From Centroscyllium fabricii (taxonomy: Eukaryota): a stretch of 64,000 nucleotides of DNA. The notes below the pieces were generated by a model that searched no databases, was not told the origin of the DNA, and worked only from the letters and a program-made list of their open reading frames with translations. The stretch is from NCBI GenBank assembly GCA_051313645.2, contig JBNRSN020000010.1, positions 9,920,001-9,984,000 on the forward strand. Reading direction: 5' to 3'. Of this stretch, positions 60,430 to 64,000 are shown in pieces (position 1 is the stretch's first letter; each line of letters starts with the position of its first letter). The position numbers and the translations under genes were made by a program.

Positions 60430-62648
60430 CTCGCCCGTTTTGTCTTTTCTGATCTAATACGGTTGACGTGATACTCTGCACACTATTCCAACTAAATCCC
60501 AAAGAATGGCTGATTACTCAACTTCTGTTACTAGACCCCATGCTTGCTGAAGCTACGAACAGTTATCTCTGCTCTTGCACTACGCGTCTCACGCACCTCG
60601 TAAGTCATGCAGCTTGACCCTTCTAACTTTGCAAATTATCAACCCATCTGCAACAACCTACTCCTCCCCAAAGTCCTTGAACGTACTGTTGGTCCCAAAT
60701 ACGTGAGCATCTTTCCACAACTCCAATTTTGCATCGCTCCGTTCCGCTTTCTGCCTTTTCCAACGCACTAAAACGCTCTTTATCAAAGTCACAAACACGA
60801 ACCTTTGTGATTGTGATCCTGGTAAAATATCATGTCTTATTCTTCCTGTCCTTGACAAGTTTAGCATCACCATGGTCCCAAAGCCTCTCCTCCATTTCCT
60901 GTATTGACCTGGTTCCACACTTTCCTATGCAGTAAGCGCCAGATATTAGCCTGCAATGATTTAGCTGTGCGCTCTCGCACTGTTACCTCTGGTGATCCCC
61001 AAAGGTTATACTCTTTCATCCTCCGATTCCTCATCTACATGTTACGTCTTGTCATCTCATCACGGAACACAACTTCAGACTCCACATGCTGCAGACATGC
61101 TCTCGTACTCTACACTGTCTCTGTGCTTTCAAACAACGTTTCTGTACTGCAGTCGTGGGTGATCCTTCAATTAAAGATTTGGCAAACTGAATCCATTGTC
61201 AACGTTCCCAGCGACAAATTCCTTTCTCTATTCACCTAATAAATTTTGCTCCATGGCTAATCTCTCAGGCTGAATCAGCGTGATCTCACACTCGGCGCTA
61301 GAGCACAGCTGCTGACCTCATATCGTCTCAATTTGCAAGACTGTAACACTTGCCTGCTCCACCCCTTCGGCTTCCAGAACGCTCCATGATTTTCCACCTC
61401 CAGACTTGCCTATCCAATGCCATTCTGTCCAGCCTCCGATCTCACAGGCTCTGTAAACTTAAGTTCCCCAAAATTCTGCAGCCCAAATCTAACATGCAAC
61501 AAAATATATTGACCCATCACAATTTTCTGGGTCAACTCTTTTGGCTGTCGCTCCAGCAACGTTTCCATTTAGAAACATAGACCCACGTCTTCAAGTCGCT
61601 CCATTGACTCGCCACCCCTATCTCTGTAACATTATCCAACTTAACAGTTCTATGAACGGTCATCATTGCTCCAACTCTAGCCACTTGTGCAGTGTCAATG
61701 TCGTTTCACCCCATATCGGCGGCTGTGCCTTCAGCTGCAAAGGCCCAAAATCTGGCAGGCCCTTTCTTCACCTTTCCAGATATCTCACTTACTCCAAAAA
61801 GCTCCTTTAAACGGAAGCATTTGCCAAACGTTTCGTCATATGTCCCAATGTCTCATTCTTTGGCTCGGTATTCTGTTCACATAGATTCATAGAAAATAGG
61901 TGCAGGAGTAGACCATTCGTCCCATCGAGCCTGCACCACCATTCAACACGTTTCATGGCTGAACATGCTACATCAGTACCCCAATCCTGCTTTCTCGCCA
62001 TATCACTTTATCCCACTAATTGTAATTATAACATCTAACTCCCTTTTGAATATATTTAGTGAACTGGCCACAACAACCTTCTGTGGTAGAGAATTCCACA
62101 GGTTCACCACTCTCTGGGTGAAGAAGTTTCTCTTCATCTCGGTCCTAAATGGCATATCCCTAAACCTTAGTCTGTGCCCCCTGGTTCCGGACTTCCACAA
62201 CATTGGGAACATTCTGCCCGCATCCAACCTGGCCAAACCCGTCAGGATTTTAAACGTTTCTATGAGATCCTCCCTCATTCTTTTGAACTCCAGAGAGTAC
62301 AAGTTCATTTGATCCAGTCTTTCTTGATATGTCAGTCCGGCCATCCCGGGAATCAATCTAGTAAACCTTTGCTGCACTGCCTCAATAGCAAGAATGACCT
62401 TCCTCAAGTTAGGAGACCAAAACTGCACACAATACTCCAAGTGTGGCCTCACCAAGGCCCTGTACAACTGCAACACCACCTCCTTACTCCTGTATTCAAA
62501 TCCCCTGGCTATGATGGCCAACATGCCATTTGCTTTCTTGACTGCCTGCTGTACCTGCATTGTTTTGTCTGATTATTATAATGTGAAGCACTTTGGGGTG
62601 TTGTGCTATGTTAGATGCATTATATAATGAACGACATTGTTGTTGTAA
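60430..62648 (+). mobile_element. Decayed L2 LINE, copy B (interrupted by a CR1)
   Basis: Paralog of 10520-12060, with the same tail ttatataatgaacgacattgttgttgt. Confidence 0.7.
61878..62560 (-). mobile_element. 5'-truncated CR1 (HER1-like), private to copy B
   Basis: ORF 62003-62560 reads KKANGMLA...LVRPHLEYCVQFWSP...FFTQRVVNLWNSLP. TSD TGTT at 61874-61877 and 62561-62564. The empty site is in copy A near 11972. Confidence 0.93.
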
Positions 62649-62961
62649 TGAGCTCTCCATCATTGTCAGTCCCCTTTCCCACATGTAGCTAGATGCCGTA
62701 TTTATAAATAACAGTGAGATGGACTGCAGTGATCAATCTATTTTAATGATCAGTCCATCCTTGCCAGCTCCGTCACCCACGTGTGTCTTTAATCTTTAAT
62801 CTTCATACTACCCTCCTAAAGTATCCAAGCGATAAAGCGTCGGTTTTGTTATCCAAGCGAGCGCAGTTTCGCTCCCCCATCCGTGCCGTGGACAGTTTTG
62901 AATATTTCAGGTGATTGTTTTCGAATAACTGGTCCCTTGTCCAAACGCTCGATTTTCACAG

Positions 62962-63900
62962 GAAATAGAAACCTAGAAAATAGGAGCAGGAGTAGGCCAT
63001 ACGTTGCCTCGAGGCTGCTCTGCCATTCAATGCGACCAATGCTGATCATCAACATTCAAGACCATGTCCCTGCTTTCTTTCATTATCCCTTGATCCCTTT
63101 AGCATTATGGAATATTCCAACTGCTTCTAGAATATATTTAATGAATTGGCCTCTACTGCCTTCTGTGCTAGAGAATTATACAGGGTCACCATTATCTGGC
63201 TGTAGAAATTACTCCTCATCTATTTAATGAATAGCTGACCCCTTATGCTTTGACTGTGACCCATAGTAGTGTAATACCCCACCAACATCCTACCTGCATC
63301 TAGTCTGTACAGTCCTGATAGCATTTTATAAGTTTCAATGAGATCCCCTCTCATTCTTCTAAACAACAGCTGTTACAAGACAGAGTGACCCAATCTCTCT
63401 TCATAAGGCATTCCTGCCATCCCACATATCAGACTGGGGAATCCTCCCTGCAAACCCATGGCAAAAAACATTCTTCCACATATAAGCGACCTAAACTTAA
63501 CACAATATTCAAGATGTGGTCTCACCAAGTCCTGGTACAGCTGTGGCAAAACATCCTTGTTCCTGAACTCAAACCCTCTAGCTACGAAGGCCAACATAAC
63601 ATTTGCTTGCTTAACTACCTGCTGCACCTGCATGCTTACTTGCAGCGACTGGTGTTCAAGGATGCCCAACTCTCGTTGCACTTCCCCGTCTCACAGTCTA
63701 TCACAATTCAGATAACAATCTGCCTTATTTTTGACCCCGAATTGGATTGTCTCGCATTCATCCACGTTATCTTCCATTTGCCATGCTTCTGCCCAGTCAC
63801 CCAACATGTCCAAATCATACTGGAGTTTCGTGGGATCATCCTTACAGCAAAATGGCCCACCCAACTATGTCCCGTCTGCAAATTTGGAAATATTGTGCAG
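62962..63900 (-). mobile_element. Decayed CR1 (3' part)
   Basis: ORF 63373-63681 reads QRELGIL...QANVMLAFVARG...LVRPHLEYCVKF. The 3' tail is ctactcctgctcctattttctaggtttcta. Confidence 0.85.
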
Positions 63901-64000
63901 AAATTAGCCTCCGAAGGGGTGAGTACGGAACAGTTACTGATGCGTTCAGCCATTAGAATATCCGGTTTCTGGCATGTGTGCGAAACAGGCAATTCCGAGA

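Larger units (their letters stand above)
53771..62788 (+). repeat. Segmental duplication, copy B
   Basis: Collinear with 1-13405. It lacks the Rex1/Babar element and the 12130-13330 CR1, and carries its own CR1 at 61878-62560. Confidence 0.95.

Overview
Eukaryotic, repeat-rich DNA, almost certainly from a cartilaginous fish (shark/ray). The evidence is an HE1/V-SINE, a SacSINE1-type DeuSINE, shark-type CR1/L2/Penelope repeats and a GPR139-like receptor of the chondrichthyan-expanded type. Only one host gene looks intact: a two-exon class A GPCR on the minus strand (exon 1 40026-39957, exon 2 38777-37873, 324 aa). A truncated paralog lies on the plus strand (16551-16639) and shares intron sequence with it. 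About 450 bp upstream of the GPCR ATG begins a ~12-kb array of a strand-skewed 49-bp satellite (40470-57290, split by a Gypsy element). Positions 1-13405 recur at 53771-62788 (offset 53,770 bp), each copy carrying private LINE insertions, so the window spans about one unit of a ~54-kb tandem segmental duplication containing the satellite and the GPCR. The rest is mobile DNA: three full-length, decayed CsRn1-clade Gypsy elements (paired LTRs, tRNA-Trp PBS, CHCC gag, 4-bp TSDs); a sushi-like chromovirus with an internal inversion and deletion; a full-length Rex1/Babar-type LINE; CR1 and L2 fragments; Harbinger relics and MITEs; and a ~300-bp 5S-rRNA-derived SINE nested in a Gypsy pol. Alignments, identities and family assignments were made by eye from recalled consensus features, not from database searches.
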